Shown: positions 1-14,208, counted from the stretch's first letter. The stretch is DNA of 64,000 nucleotides from Octopus sinensis (GCF_006345805.1 NC_042999.1:53072001-53136000), one strand, 5' to 3'. Program-made: numbers and translations. The notes: a model not told the origin generated them from the sequence alone.

Positions 1-258
1 CACACGCACATATACACATACACACACCACACACACAGCACACACACATACACACATATACACATACACACACCAGACACATCACACACACACATACACA
101 CGCATACACATACACACACCACATACACATACACACACCACACACACATATACATACACTCACATACACACACACCACACACACCACACACACATACACA
201 CAACACACACACATACACATACACACACATAGACACACCACACACACACGTACACATA
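1..258. repeat. Compound (CA)n/(CATA)n microsatellite
   Basis: Seen directly. Confidence 0.95.
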
Positions 259-299
259 TCCATCCATCTTCACCTCTCACTTTTCCTGTGAGGTTCCTC

Positions 300-855
300 A
301 GGTACGTTTTCGATAAGATTCTATTGGAATCAACCGTCATTAGATTTTCTGAGTGCATACTTAAGTCTGACGAACTGAGAAAATGGAAATTATCCAACCA
401 CTTTGTTCTTGGTCTACACCGCGGATTCATCGGCTGAAGAATGCTGTTGCGATTCCTTCCTGCGCCACTCTGCTCACATGTTCGTTGTATCATATGATAG
501 AGACACCATGAGCTTCGAGCTATGACCCTGTCGTGTGTGACGTTCCTACAAAAGCCCTTCGGAAATTATCCATTTCGGTCATTCGTGCTTGCAATCGTAA
601 TCTATTCGTCATTACTCAGCATTCTTAACCAAAGGCACGAAAGCAGAATTAAAGACAGCAAGTTTGCTTTTTTTTTTTTTGTTTTTTACCAGTGTTTCCT
701 GCTCTGAGGTTCAAATACTGGAAATGATGCATTACTGTGTCCGCAACTGCAATCCTAGCATCCATTTCTGCTTCATGCCTTCTGTCACTCGTGAATATGG
801 CACTGAAATACTTAAACTTTTCTACTAATCTCAGAGGCTGAAGTCTTAAAGGCGG
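300..855 (-). mobile_element. RTE-clade LINE remnant, C-terminal part of ORF
   Basis: Minus-strand translation gives VEKFKYFSAIFTSDRRHEAEMDARIAVADTVM, AKLAVFNSAFVP, VMTNRLRLQARMTEMDNFRR and PRCRPRTKWLD. These match RTE post-RT motifs (VEKFKYLG..FTSDG, PRGRPRTRW). Contains stops and frameshifts. Confidence 0.8.
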
Positions 856-1445
856 GTAAATCATTCAAACGTGGCAAGGACATTGGAAAGGATGGACTTC
901 AAATTAAGACGTTGAAATTCCCAAACAGACAAGGTATTCTCCGGCTGGGTCAAGAATGCTATGTGGCTGCGACCACAGGAGAGTAAAGGCAATGCGTAGT
1001 AATGATGTCAATTTTAGAAATGGAGACAAGAGAGAATGCTTCAATCATGAATTGATCTCTTCGTTGACCGTCTATGGTCAAGCCTACGATCGGTGTCTGC
1101 AAAAGCCAAATAGGGTAATAGTCGAGAGTAGGCCGGCCAAAGAACATTGTGGCTTTGACTGGATATTCAATCGATGGCAGATCTTCGGGAAATCGTGGAA
1201 TATTACGAAGACGTGTACCACTGTTTTGTAGACCGCGTACCGTGACACACGCTGTGGAGGTTTTTGCACAAGTTTGGGATTTATGGACAACGTCTGGTTA
1301 CCGTGAAGCCCCTACAAAATAGCCAGATGTTTGTAGTTTGAAATATTATAACGTGGAAGTTGGACATTGAGAGGAGTGAGTATTGTGATCCCTTTTCATA
1401 ACGTATATGAACTGGATAGCATGCATAGCCGTTGTGAAAACTGAG
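856..1445 (+). mobile_element. RTE-clade LINE remnant, N-terminal half of RT (inverted relative to the adjacent 3' part)
   Basis: Plus-strand translation gives GDKRECFNHELISSLTVYGQAYDRCLQK..EHCGF, QIFGKSW, EDVYHCFVD-RVP-HTLWRFLHKFGI and VEVG...LFITYMNWI, which follow RTE RT motifs in order. Confidence 0.8.
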
Positions 1446-1534
1446 ACATTGATCCTCCAAACGCACATATATACAAAAACACACTCACACACACAAACAT
1501 AAAAACATGTATTCATATATATATGCATATGTAT

Positions 1535-1632
<98 letters not shown>

Positions 1633-2414
1633 ATATATATATACATACGGCAAATAAGGAAGTGGAGAGGATAGAAAATCGACAATCGGTAAACATTCCA
1701 GTATGTCTAATTATTCCAATGTATTAAATGAATACATACACATATGTCCTTTCTTCTTGTCTTAAAACACCATTCACTCGGGATGACAAATTCATATGAC
1801 ACCGCAAAAAATTGTTGTTGACAAAGATCCGGAGTAATTGTATTCACCTCAATAGTCGTCATTGATTGGTTGAAATTACCAAAATGCAAGAAATTAAACA
1901 ACAAATAGCTTACAAACTACAGAATTTTCTCAAGAAAGCCAAGAGAAAAAGATGTTTTATGTAACACATTCTACCAGGATACGAAGTTTAAGAGTGCTTA
2001 GTTACAAAGAAATTATTTTAAAAGTCTGCCGGTCAAAGCGAAATCATCTGTTTCCTATATATATGCATTTTTATATATTTATATATTTCTTTATATATTT
2101 ATATATTTATTATTCTAGATGTTATAATGTTAAAATATGTTTTTAGTCGCTAATGTATTTATTAATTATTAATTTTTAATCGCATTAGACTGTACTCATA
2201 CATTTCTCTTATATTTTTGTATAAATGAATTATGTTTAATCTTCTGTGATTTTATGCATCTATATTCTATGTGTAAGAAAAAGCATTATGTGATTAAATG
2301 TTCGAGATGTGATATGTTACGTGGATGACCTTATATTTGTTTGTTCTCATTTATTTGAGCACATCTATAGCAGTCCTATTAAACATTCCTGATAAGATAC
2401 AATCACTTTATTAT

Positions 2415-2494
<80 letters not shown>

Positions 2495-2495
<1 letters not shown>

Positions 2496-3320
2496 GCTCC
2501 TTCCACTATCCATTACCTCATCTCCTACTGCCGTCTCCCTCCCCACCGCTTCCAACCTCATTGTCCGCACCCCTACTATTTACTTCCTCTACAAAATCCA
2601 GAAACCTAACAACCCTGGCAGCCCCATCGTTTTCGCCTGCAACTGCCGCACCGAACTCATCTCCAGATATCTTGACCGTGCCCTTGCCCCTAGTGACTTC
2701 CCTCCCTCTCACATCCATAACACCAACCACGCGCTTCGATTGTTGAACTTTTTCTCCTTCCCTCCTGGCCCCTCTAAACTTTTCTTCACTGATATCTTGA
2801 GCCTTTACACGGTGATCCTTCACCATGAGGGGCTGCGTGCACTCCAACATTTCCGTGATTGTATCGGTGCGACCTCACTCTCCCGCGAACATCTAGACTC
2901 CTTCTTCTCTTTTGTCAATTCTTTCCATCCTGCCTCCACTTCTGCACTATCTCTGACACCTCTGTCTCCTTTCTTGATATTTCGGTCAGCAATCATCACC
3001 CGTCTACGCAGGCTCTATAGTAACGACCATAACTTTGAGACTCAGTCCAATTCATGGCTCGCCACTTCATCCTATGTGGATATCTCCTCACCACTATCCA
3101 CACCTCCCTTGCCAGAGTACTTCCGTGGATCGTGAATCTGCTCTCTACCGCCGCACCCATCCCACCGTCTCTCGTCTCCTGTTTCCCTTCACCTACCACC
3201 CCACTACACTACCTCTCCAACGCACCATTCTCCGAGCCTTCCGGCGACTCCAGTTCGACCCCTCCATTTCGCATGTAATCCCTAACCGACCCGTCCCCTC
3301 GACGTACAAGGAGCTGTGAT
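2495..3320 (+). mobile_element. Penelope-like element RT/thumb remnant with internal deletions
   Basis: PRTPTIYFLYKIQKPNNPGSPIVFACNCRTELISRYLD, TDILSLYTVILHHEGLRALQHF, RLRRLYSNDHNF and FPFTYHPTTLPLQRTILRAFRRLQFDP resemble PLE RT motifs (FYxLPKIHKxxNPGRPIVS; DxxSLYTxI). Confidence 0.85.
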
Positions 3321-4410
3321 TTCTTCAATTGTAATATCATCAGTTCAATTTCAACATCTTCTGTTGTCCTGGTTGTTGGACTATATTTAGCTTTTTGGAT
3401 ACTTTTAGTGACCTGTCACATATTTCAAACATTAAACTGATTTTGTAAGTGATAAAATTCTTATAACCGGATTGAAGATAATTTAACAAGTGACTGTTGG
3501 TAACTTCCTTACTTCATTTTTCCTGCAGTATGTTGCTATGTTGATTCTTTTCTATATGGTTATTGATAATGATTCCATGGCTGATTTTGGAATTCTAAAT
3601 TATATGCTTTTTGATGAGCAATTTTGTCCAGTTTTGCTTCGTGTTCAATATTGTAAAGTGCTGTAATGTTTCCTTAATATGAAATGCTGGCATCAGCGGA
3701 AGAAAAGAACGAGAGAGTCGTAAGGAAGTATTCTGATTATATATAGATTGATATATTCGGAAAGGAAAGCATTAACGATGAAAATGCAGCCGAAATGTCT
3801 TGCGAAATACTTATTTCTCTTCTTTATATAAAAACGCATTTCGGTAAGGTGATGTTAAATACTATTTTTAAATGGATTTTGGAGACTCGACTACACTTAT
3901 AAAGTATTTTAGAAACCGACATCTAAAATATGCAGCGACATTTCGGCAGAATTTGCGCCTTTCCTTTTTTCTAATCTACTTAGTAGATCTGTATATAATC
4001 AATATATCTTTCCTATGATTATCTTTGCCTATTTTCTACTGATGACATCACACATATTTTAAAATTCTAACTGTCAGAAACACGAATTGATGTCCAGAGA
4101 ATATTGAGATATGCACGCACTTATTTCAATTAATTTCACATGGGTAGCAAAAGGATACGCGGAGTAGATGAAACAGTGACAACTGAAGAAGTGGAATATT
4201 CTTTATGTTGTATGTCTCGTTTCTCTTTTTTTTTTTCGTTGTTCGAAAAAACGTTCATCTATATGTTTTTGTCTTTATATTTTCGTTTCTCATTGTGTTC
4301 AACGTCTTTTTGATGTCCTGTACCCATATATGCATGTATATATACATATATATATATATAGGTATGTACATATATGTATGTATATATGCATATATTTATA
4401 TAGTATATAT

Positions 4411-4489
<79 letters not shown>

Positions 4490-4493
4490 ATCA

Positions 4494-4691
4494 TAATGTG
4501 ACCGCGTGTGTACAGTTGGCGATTTTTTCGTCCGTCCTCCCTTCCTTGGATCTCTCCTTTTCCTATGTTTCTGACGAAGAGCTCCGCTCGAAACGTTGAA
4601 TCCACCTTCTTTCTTTCCTTTCCTGAGCGTCCAATACTTGTTCCACGTCCTCGCGTTGTTGTGTTTTCTCTTTGTGTTTTCATGTTTGGAT

Positions 4692-4696
<5 letters not shown>
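4494..4696 (+). mobile_element. Short pLTR/retrozyme-like interspersed repeat carrying a hammerhead motif (second copy at 54483-54689)
   Basis: About 200 bp shared with 54483-54689; flanked by (TA)n; central CTGACGA-A-GAGC-tcc-GCTC-GAAA-CG-TT. Confidence 0.7.
4567..4601 (+). ncRNA. Minimal type I hammerhead ribozyme motif
   Basis: gttt-CUGACGA-a-gagc(ucc)gcuc-GAAA-cg-UU-gaau: canonical core, 4 bp stem II, palindromic AACGUU in place of stem III. Stem I relies on G-U wobbles. Confidence 0.55.
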
Positions 4697-4726
<30 letters not shown>

Positions 4727-5029
4727 TCCATAAACAACCTTGCCCGGACTTGTGCCCAGGAGGGTAATTATCTAGATGCAATCCCTGACCGAAGGGGTCT
4801 CCGACTCCGACTCCGATATTTCTATATATATCTATGTATATATGATAAATGTTAATAACATCTATAAGGAGGTACTTTTTCCATTCACCAAAATGAATGT
4901 ACCCTTAGCCACGAGGAATTGATGTCATCAGATGGTATCCTACGTTCGTCGGGTGTTTCGACTCTGAACCGTAGCACCCTCTCATAGGTGGGTGAGCAGC
5001 GGTGGCCAAGTCACTGCTCTTCATCTCGT

Positions 5030-5491
5030 CCTGGTATCCAGCTTATCTCCTCTCTTGGTCCAAAGCCAGCAACAGGCCCTTTCAGCTGCCTCTCCCATCC
5101 TGGGCACAGTAACCCTTCGCTCCTTACTTCTCATTCTAATGGCTGTAAGATTCTTCCATGCCGACTAAGTAGAGAATTGCCTACATCCAACCTCTCTGCG
5201 GAAAGCCATACCTGCCATCTCTTCTCCCTGAAATCCTGCAGAAAGCTTCCATATCTGGCACGCCTCCGTTCATGGGACTCATCCCACCCCCTCTTCCCAC
5301 GGGACTGTGAGTTCAATTACGATAATTTTCTTGGCCTCTTCAGACCACAGGACAACATTTGGCTTCAGGCTTGTATGGACAACTAGGGTATATTGCAATC
5401 TCTCCGCTAGGTCCATTTTAATATCCCATGGTTGAAATCCATGCATGTATTTTTCTTTTGCTGACTTTACTGGCCTCTCTCCCTCTTTCAC
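5030..5491 (-). mobile_element. HERO/R2-group non-LTR retrotransposon, restriction-like endonuclease 3' fragment
   Basis: WDIKMDLAERLQY..HTSLKPNVVLWSEEAKKIIVIELTVPWEE, ERRRARYGSFLQDFREKRWQVWL, and MGEAAERACCWLWTKR match the RPD..W...ELTVPWE..ERK..KY signature. Confidence 0.8.
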
Positions 5492-5847
5492 GAACGGATT
5501 GGTGTTGAGATGTTGAGAATTAGAATTAGAAGCTCTATTTTGTAATACACAGATGAGAGAAGTTTGTAGAATCTACTTCTGAAGAAACAGTGTATTTCAG
5601 GGAGTGGGAACACAGGAAAAGAAAAATAGTGTTTGGACTGGAACTTAAACTTTAAACGCAGTTCCATGTTAGAGTAAAATAGAACATGTGTGTGAATGTG
5701 TGTGAGTGTGTGAGTGTGTCTGTGTCTCACACTCTCACTCTCTATCTTTCCTTGTCTCTTTCTCTCTCTCATTCATACGCACTCACCTCCTGTCTGCTTT
5801 TTTTCTATCTATTTATCTCTCTCATTCATTCCCTGTATACCTCTCTC

Positions 5848-5883
<36 letters not shown>

Positions 5884-5896
5884 CACACACTAAAAA

Positions 5897-5941
<45 letters not shown>

Positions 5942-6249
5942 TGTGTGTATATTTGAATAAGTGCACAATCGAAACAGAATGGCTCTCACATATTTAATAG
6001 GAGTTACATATGTTATTTAGTATGGAGCGGAATCATATGTATATAATTGCGTTATCTTAATACGTCAGTAGCACTGTCCTCTATAGGACGCCACACTTGG
6101 TTGTTACGATTATATGTTACGATTCCGTATTGCTACTGTTTATATCTCGTTCAGAGATTTAATACAGTATATATATATATATGTAGGTTTCTTGGTCAAA
6201 ATATTGTTTTCCATGTATATTCCCTATTATCAAAGTATCTATTTGAAGG

Positions 6250-6620
6250 CCTTAGATTCACACTGATTTATTCTCACGTGATATGCGATAAATATCTAAT
6301 GGTTAAATGATATGTTATTCCGCTGGTTTACTTTTAGTTTTATTTGATTCTGTTTTCAATTTTGAAGCATGTTAGTATTTTCTATGGGTGCCTTTGTCAC
6401 GTCTTTGTTATTTTGTATTACTTGTATGTTCTCAAGTGAAATATTCGTTTTGATATAATTTTGTAAGGCTTGTATTCAAAAAAATTGATTTTCATTTTGT
6501 TATTCCGGTGTCGCGTTGTCTTAAGACTATCGAAGCCTTATAAACATTGTGATTTGGTATTCTGCTAGCCTATATTGCGTTTGTTTAATTACATTTTCGT
6601 CATTAAAATATATGATATGG
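6250..6620 (-). mobile_element. Possible highly decayed Penelope-like GIY-YIG 3' remnant
   Basis: Only weak fragments (NVYKASIV; SRENK). Confidence 0.25.
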
Positions 6621-8004
6621 AGTGTGTAACTGTGGTGTCGGTTGACACATCTTCTCTAATTAATCTACATATTTCCAAGTTCTGGATTGGTTACTATTTA
6701 GTTTATTAATATTTTCCTTGCTTCGTACCAATTTGTATGGAAGGATTTATATTGGAGATGTGATAATTAGTAGCTGTAGATACAATGGACAGACTACGCT
6801 AATATTTCACGACTGTTCCTTATCTATGAATAACTAGAAAGCCTTCATGTTCCTAACACTGTTCACACCGCCGAATTCAATGGTACTGACTGGGTATATA
6901 TACCCTACTGGCATCCCTTATTCAGGCAATGACAGACGTATGTTTTTGATGCGCCTGCTCCTTGTGGATCTTTTATACATTTTATATATACTGTGTCCTC
7001 ACATTTCTGCGTTCCTTTCACAGAGGATTGAAATTATTATGGGATATGGATCTCTTGATCGATGGTGGTTTTCTTGTACATATTATATCATACATTGACA
7101 TTGCAGGATTATCCTTCACTTGGTTTCTGATTAAGGCGAAGATGCTATTTATTTAAATGTTTCTAGTTTACAGAGGATGTTTGTAAATACCCGCATACGA
7201 ACATACACACTCACACGCGTGCACCCCACGCACGCACACAAAAACACACATATGTATATGAGCGCTCTTCATCAGAAAGGAATAAAAGAGAGAGAGAGAG
7301 TGAAAAAACTTGGTGAGTAAGTGTGTTTGTGTGCGTGTGTGTGTGAGTGAGTGAGTGTGTGTGTGTGTGCACGTGTGTGTGTGTGTGCGCGCGTGTGTAT
7401 GTGTGCATTTAAAGAATACTTGAAGTGGTGTACAGATATTGTGTATTGAGAAAAAGGAAGCAGCCATAATTTTGGATAATTATTTATTGGGGCTTTCGTT
7501 CGTTTAACATAACTCTGCAAGACAAAAATCAAAAACAGAACGATGGTTTATATATATATAAACGAAAGAAAAAAAAGTGCATAAGCTGATAGGATGAGTA
7601 TAATTTCCCTTAAAATCATTGGCTGTCTTCCTGATGAACATGCCTACATTAATGCCTCTCCTGTCCAACCCCCCACCACCCAAGAATCCAAGTTTCTGTA
7701 GAATTTACAGAAGACAAACATTGATTGAAAAATTAAGATTAAAATATGTGAGAGAGATTACATCACTGTAATAATTCTTTCTACATAACTTGATTTGGTT
7801 TTATAAATGAACTATCTGAAATGTTTATTTTAATGGCCTATCAGTTAATTATTTCAATTAATTTAATTGACATGTACAACCTGCATATTAATAACGGATA
7901 CGAAGAACATACGGCTGATTGGCTACGATAGCAACGCAAAACAACTTTTCAGATACACTAGCTACAGGGTAGAGAAGTCAGCTAACAACATGTATTCACC
8001 AAAG

Positions 8005-8044
8005 ATTTTCTGAAGAAGAGGTCCTAAACCTGAAATATAGAAAT
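8005..8044 (+). ncRNA. Degenerate minimal hammerhead-like motif
   Basis: atttt-CUGAAGA-ag-agg(tcctaaa)cct-GAAA-ua-UA-gaaat: 5 bp stem I with one wobble; stem II junction irregular. Confidence 0.35.
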
Positions 8045-8289
8045 ACCCAGAGAAACTATCAGCGAGTGTTACTTTTATAACTTGCATTGTTTTGGGCGCA
8101 GGGTAAATACCTTGAACCAACTTTTCTTACAAAACCATCATAATGAACGGGCCAAATATCTTGAAACACCTAATGAATATATGGTTAACACTTGTTGAAA
8201 AGGCGTAAGTGGCGTCTTTCTACCTTGAAGAGAGCAAAACGTTTATTATCATGAATGGTACCCAAAATGAACAGCCTGAGGGAAGTGTG

Positions 8290-8670
8290 ACACCCGCTGT
8301 TGCGAAGGAAAAACATTGAAGGCAAGGAAAACAGCTCAGGAAAACATTGGTTTGTATGTGGGAGCAGAAACCTCTGCATGGCAAATATGTGGCAAAGTAG
8401 CACACAAGCTAATGTTGACCAGAAGCCCACCTATCAGTGGCAAAGAATTTGGCAAACGCTTAGAAAATATAAAGATTAGTTCATTGAAGTTGAAACAGTG
8501 TGGCATCTGAAGATGACTAAGATACCAGTGATTGTAGGAATACTAGGAATGATCAAACAGAGAACTGGCAGTTATTTCAGAAATGATCCCTGGATTACCA
8601 TTCCTGCAAGAAGTGCAACAAATTGTTTCATTTCGTACGTCACACGTAATGAGAAAGGCATTGTGGATGT
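8290..8670 (+). mobile_element. R4/Dong-like LINE 3' remnant with internal deletion
   Basis: WEQKPLHGKYVAK..ANVDQKPTYQW is followed directly by KYKD-FIEVETVWHLKMTKIPVIVGILGMIK; the intervening CCHC region is missing. Confidence 0.75.
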
Positions 8671-8831
8671 GAAAGCGATAACCATTTATGTAAATTATTT
8701 TTGTTCTACATAACTTCATTCAATTTTGTACATGAATAATCTGGTATGTTTATTTTATCAATATGTACAGTGAGGTTTTTTTACCGTAGGTTTCCGTAAG
8801 AAATGGAAACGAAATTGAAGTAGAAAAACTA

Positions 8832-8990
<159 letters not shown>

Positions 8991-9084
8991 TTGGAAGTGT
9001 TATCATGTACATTGTTTTGTCTCGGTATAAAAGAGGGGCTACAGCAAAATTTGCCTCAAAACACTACAGATTTGCTTGTCAGTT

Positions 9085-9491
9085 GTTTGACCTAACCAGT
9101 TGAGCAAGTCCTTAGTGGCTGACGATAGTGCATCTCTGATCAGGAGCAGAAGTAGTGGGGGAGCATCACAGCAGTGTGTTGAGAGGAATTCTTTGGGGTT
9201 TGGATAATTCACCTCTGGAAACATAGGTGTTTCATTCAACATACTTAAACAACCCTTATTCAGGGACCTTTTGAGCAGGATGGGCTACTCGACCTGAAGA
9301 AAATTCTAACTGGGCTCCACCTGCAAGGTCATGTGCTGTTTATCTAGATATGAGATCATCATGTCGCGCGCATATGGTTGTGATGCATGTGCCTAGTGTA
9401 CCCTTATCAGACTGGTAGTCATGATGGGTATACTGGGCTTTGCATATTTTACCCCAGTGTCACTTTGGTGGCATGCACTGCTCTCTCACTC

Positions 9492-9555
<64 letters not shown>

Positions 9556-9562
9556 TAATGAT

Positions 9563-9660
<98 letters not shown>

Positions 9661-9662
9661 TA
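9085..9662 (+). mobile_element. Unclassified retroposon-like interspersed repeat ending in a long (AAT)n tail
   Basis: Non-coding body about 400 bp, recalled as a common Octopus repeat, ending ...gcactgctctctcactc then (AAT)n at 9493-9662. Confidence 0.5.
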
Positions 9663-9689
9663 GGTAAATAAAGAAGGTGAAGATAACAG

Positions 9690-9830
9690 CAATCAATGTT
9701 GGATCCTTGGGAACAACATCAGAAGGTATCAAGAAGAATTGAAAGGAACCTGGAATAGTGTGCCCAGTGGAACAGTGACAAAATGTTTGCCTCTTGACAT
9801 GGACAGAATAATTAGGTAAATATTAGATAA
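9690..9830 (+). mobile_element. R4/Dong-like endonuclease C-terminus remnant
   Basis: VGSLGTTSEGIKKN-KEPGIVCPVEQ-QNVCLL resembles VGSLGTV..NL..YL..IGI.CPVE.LQK.CLLG. Confidence 0.5.
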
Positions 9831-10640
9831 ACGAAAAAATGAATAGCATTGTACAGTGGGTTGCAAGTAGTAAGTCCGTTACGCATGCAAGACTTCAGAA
9901 GCCCCAACAAAACCTGTGATAAAGTGGAAAAACGATGAGATTGCACTAGTGAGAGGAATGACGAAAATATGGGATTGCTCGAGTGTGGGAAATAGAGAAA
10001 ATAACTGTTATCCCAGTAGTTATAGGAACAATGGGAGCATGAAATGTGCGAAATTTATTGATCTGTACCATGGATTTGTTTGTTATCCACTTGACATGGA
10101 CGAATTAAGCATGTCCTTGAATGGCTGACGACATATACCACTTTGATCACAAGCATGAGTAGTGGAAGAGCACGATAGTCATGTGTCGAGATGGATAATT
10201 TGGGGATTTCAATAATGCAACCGAAGAATAATGCGCCATTGCACATACTGATCCCCAAGAATTTCACTGCGTGTGACTGTAAGATCGTAGAGGCTTTTCG
10301 CTCCTTTATACGCAGGCTGTAGAGCTTTCGTGAGTTTGATAGTGTGGTGACTTCTTACTAGCAAGAAGGGATAAGGTTCCCTCTGTGATTCATCCAATAA
10401 TGCAGTATCGCCTGATGAAATGAATCAATGATGATAATCAACTGGATGCCCGAGGATAATACAGACTATACTGTACTAATCCTAAAGATACCAAAGCCGA
10501 TGTCAAAATCATGTGATTTGTGGAAATGTGCGTAGCGTTGTATTAAATATTATTAATTCCATCCAAGAAAGAATAATATTGATATATATAATATATATAT
10601 AATATATATATATATATTATATAATATATATATATATATA

Positions 10641-10681
<41 letters not shown>

Positions 10682-10900
10682 ATATACATATACATATATA
10701 TTATATATTATATATATACATATATATACAGATATATATATATATATACATATATTATATATACATATATATATATACAATATATACACACTATATATAT
10801 ATAGATATATATATATATACGCACTATATATATAGATATACATATATATATTACACACAATATATATATTACATATATATACATATATATATATATATAG

Positions 10901-10940
<40 letters not shown>

Positions 10941-11370
10941 TGCATACATATTATATATAATAATAATTATAATTTGAGGGAATACAATCCAAACTTACAA
11001 GAAAAGAATTCAATTTAGACATTTAGAATCAAAGTCCACTCAATATAATATATATATAAAATATTAGAAAAAAAACACCTTTCATGAATTCAAAATGAAT
11101 AATTAAATTACACTATCTAGAAAATTACATATAATAGAAACGTTAAAATTAAAATAACAATTAAAAAGTAACGATTAAGTAAATTACAAAAATAATATAA
11201 TGTATATAATAGGTAGTATATAGTATATATGTATATATATAAGTATATACATATATATAGATAGATAGATATAGATATATATATATATACATATATATAC
11301 ATATATATATATATACATATATAAAAACATATATATATACATATATGTACACATATATATATATATATGA

Positions 11371-11550
11371 CAACCGATGCGGGTGTGTTTATGTCTCTGT
11401 AATCTAGCGGTTCAGCAGAAGAGAACGATAGAATAAGTTTTAGGTTTAACAAGAATAGGTCCTGGAATCGATTCCTTCAACTGTAACCCTTTAAGGCGGT
11501 GCTCCATCATGGCCGCAGTCAAATCACTGAAACAAGTAAAAGAAGAAGAG
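11371..11550 (+). mobile_element. Octopus-type SINE, 3' portion
   Basis: Ends aaggcggtgctccatcatggccgcagtcaaatcactgaaacaagtaaaag; homologous to 53000-53152, 61639-61998 and 40905-40959. Confidence 0.8.
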
Positions 11551-11664
11551 TTTAAATGAGTCGTTAGGAAAGATGTTTAGAATCTATAACAACGGCGGAA
11601 CATCTGATGCTTATCTTGGTGTATATCAATCCAACAACATAATCAAATGTATGTATATATATAT

Positions 11665-11711
<47 letters not shown>

Positions 11712-12419
11712 TGTGTGTTTGTGAGTGTGTGTGTGTGTGTGTGTATGTATGTGTGTGTATATATACGTATATGCCTGTACACATACATACTCACATAATA
11801 TGTGAATACATTCATATGGACATAGATATATACATATATACAGGTAAGTGTCTATGTACATCAGTGCTTGTATGTTGCAAGCGCTTGAGTGTAACAGTGT
11901 GTCTGTGTGGTAAGAATATGAAAGCACTTTGAGAATTTGAAAAATCACAACCGAAAGGCAACTCTAAGAAATCTAAATGGTTCCTTTGATGATGTATCGC
12001 TTGTATAATATAATGTTTAAATCAGTCAAATTTCCTATATGTGTCTCTCTATCAAAGCCGCTTCATGCAAAATTGCAAAACTTCTCTTGAAGCTGTACTG
12101 AAAATCGTAAAAAATGTATATACTGTTATCTTTTAAAATATATTTAATCGAAAAGAAAAAAGTGGAAGTAATGCATTTATATTAACGGCACATTAAATAT
12201 AGTTTTGCGAGAATATGTGAATATACTAAAATTTCAATTTGCATACTGCACTCTTGTAAAATACTTATATTTTTTTAACTGATATATGACTGAATGTATA
12301 AAATGTCGGAAAATATCTTATCACTGCCGTGTTTTGCATTCAAATCTCGAGCATGTCAACCTTCGAAGGAGAAAACATAGTTCCTAGACAGGTATCATGA
12401 TAAATGCAATCGAGAGTAA

Positions 12420-13115
12420 TATTGGTTTCAAATTTCGGTACAAGGCCAGTAATTTTGCGGGAGGTGTAAGTCGATTTCCCTCGACCCCTGTTCAAAACAG
12501 GTACTTATTTTATCGAACCCAAACAGATGAAAAGCAAAGTCAACCTCGGCGGAATTTGAACTCAGAACGTAAAAGCAAACGAAATGCCGGTAAGCATATT
12601 GCACGTCACGCTAACGATTCAGCCTGCTCGCAGACTGACTCCAATGTTATATTATTTTCTACTCTTGCTACAAGGCCCAAAATTTTTGGGGAGGGGGCTA
12701 GTAGATTAGATTGACCCCAGTACGCAACTGGTATTTAAGTTATCGACCCTGAAAAGGGTGAAAGGCAAATTTGACATCAGCCGAATTCGAAATCAGAACG
12801 TAAATACAGACGGAATACCGCTAAGCATTTGGCCTGGGGTACTAACATTTCTGCCAGCTCGTCGCCTTATAAAATATTCTTTTCTACTCTAGGTACAAAG
12901 TCCGAAATTTTTTGTTGGGTTGGGGGGGAGGGGCAGTCGATTAGATCAACCCCAGTATACAACTGGCACTTAATTTATCGACCCTGAAATGATGAAAGGC
13001 AAAGTCTGAGTTCAAAGACTGAGTTAAAAGGAATTTGAACTCAGAACGTAGAAGTAGACGAAATGGCGCTAAGCATTTTTTCCCCGTCATGCTAACAATT
13101 CAGGCAGCTCGCAGA
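12420..13115 (-). mobile_element. Three tandem copies of a tRNA-derived Octopus SINE
   Basis: Three units each contain tatcgacc..gaaaggcaaagt..gaatttgaactcagaacgta (B-box gttcaaattc on the minus strand); homologous to 20956-21303. Confidence 0.85.
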
Positions 13116-13826
13116 TTGACTCCAGTGTAATATTGTGAGCAATTCCTTGCATGGAGAGAATCCAAAGATCGAAACCAGTAAAAGATTCATTATTTAATTT
13201 AAATTATTTTAACCTCAATACTCACTCGTAGTTTTCCCGTCAATAAGTTCCAGAGATTTACCAATTACAAATGTCTTTATATGAAGTCCTATAACTTAAT
13301 AAATATTAGGCTTGTATTTTGGATATCTGAAGAAAGCTGATGGATGGCCAATGGCAACAGAAGTTTCCAGTTAGTAATTATCTAATCCGAAATGCAGATT
13401 ACAATACACATATTTAACTCTTCAGTTACCGTATTTGTACAGAAATACATAGATTTGATTAAGTCAATTTTGAATATAACGATGGATATCGTAAAATATT
13501 TTTTAAAAAATTTTAGTTAGTGTTCGGAAAATGAATTAACATGCAATTCTGATGAACATTTTTAATTAATTTGTTATACAAGATTTTAATTAAGATCATT
13601 TTAAAACAGAGAGTTATATATCATAGTACAGGGGCGGTTTCAGGAGGGTTGGTGTCAAAAGCAATGAAGAACGTATTCAAAACAACTAAAGAGACACTAG
13701 ATATGCTGAAGATGCCAGAAGTCGTTACGTCATCGATAGATATTAACGGAAATTATTTATCGATATGGGAATGTATATCGTAATTTCTTATTCTCCGGTA
13801 ATCCAGCTTCTGACCATCTAGCGCAG

Positions 13827-13860
<34 letters not shown>

Positions 13861-13871
13861 CACACACATAT

Positions 13872-13918
<47 letters not shown>

Positions 13919-13993
13919 AATATGAATATAATATATTATATATGTCTATATATATATATAATACATACATTATATATGACCATCTAGCGCACG

Positions 13994-14055
<62 letters not shown>

Positions 14056-14074
14056 GATATATATATAAATATGA

Positions 14075-14109
<35 letters not shown>

Positions 14110-14160
14110 CATACATATATATTATATAGTATATAAAATGTATAATATATATATATATAT

Positions 14161-14208
14161 ATATTTGCGGCGCGTGCCTGTGTATAGTGTGTATGTATAT
14201 GTATATAT

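Noticed and set aside
3330-4200. Possible Penelope remnant and weak inverted similarity (3760-3810 versus 3925-3970)
   Set aside because: Only short, patchy matches in AT-rich DNA; no convincing translation.
10140-10520. Possible decayed LINE RT on the minus strand (GDTALLDES, KFLG)
   Set aside because: Motif matches are too weak and not colinear enough to assign.
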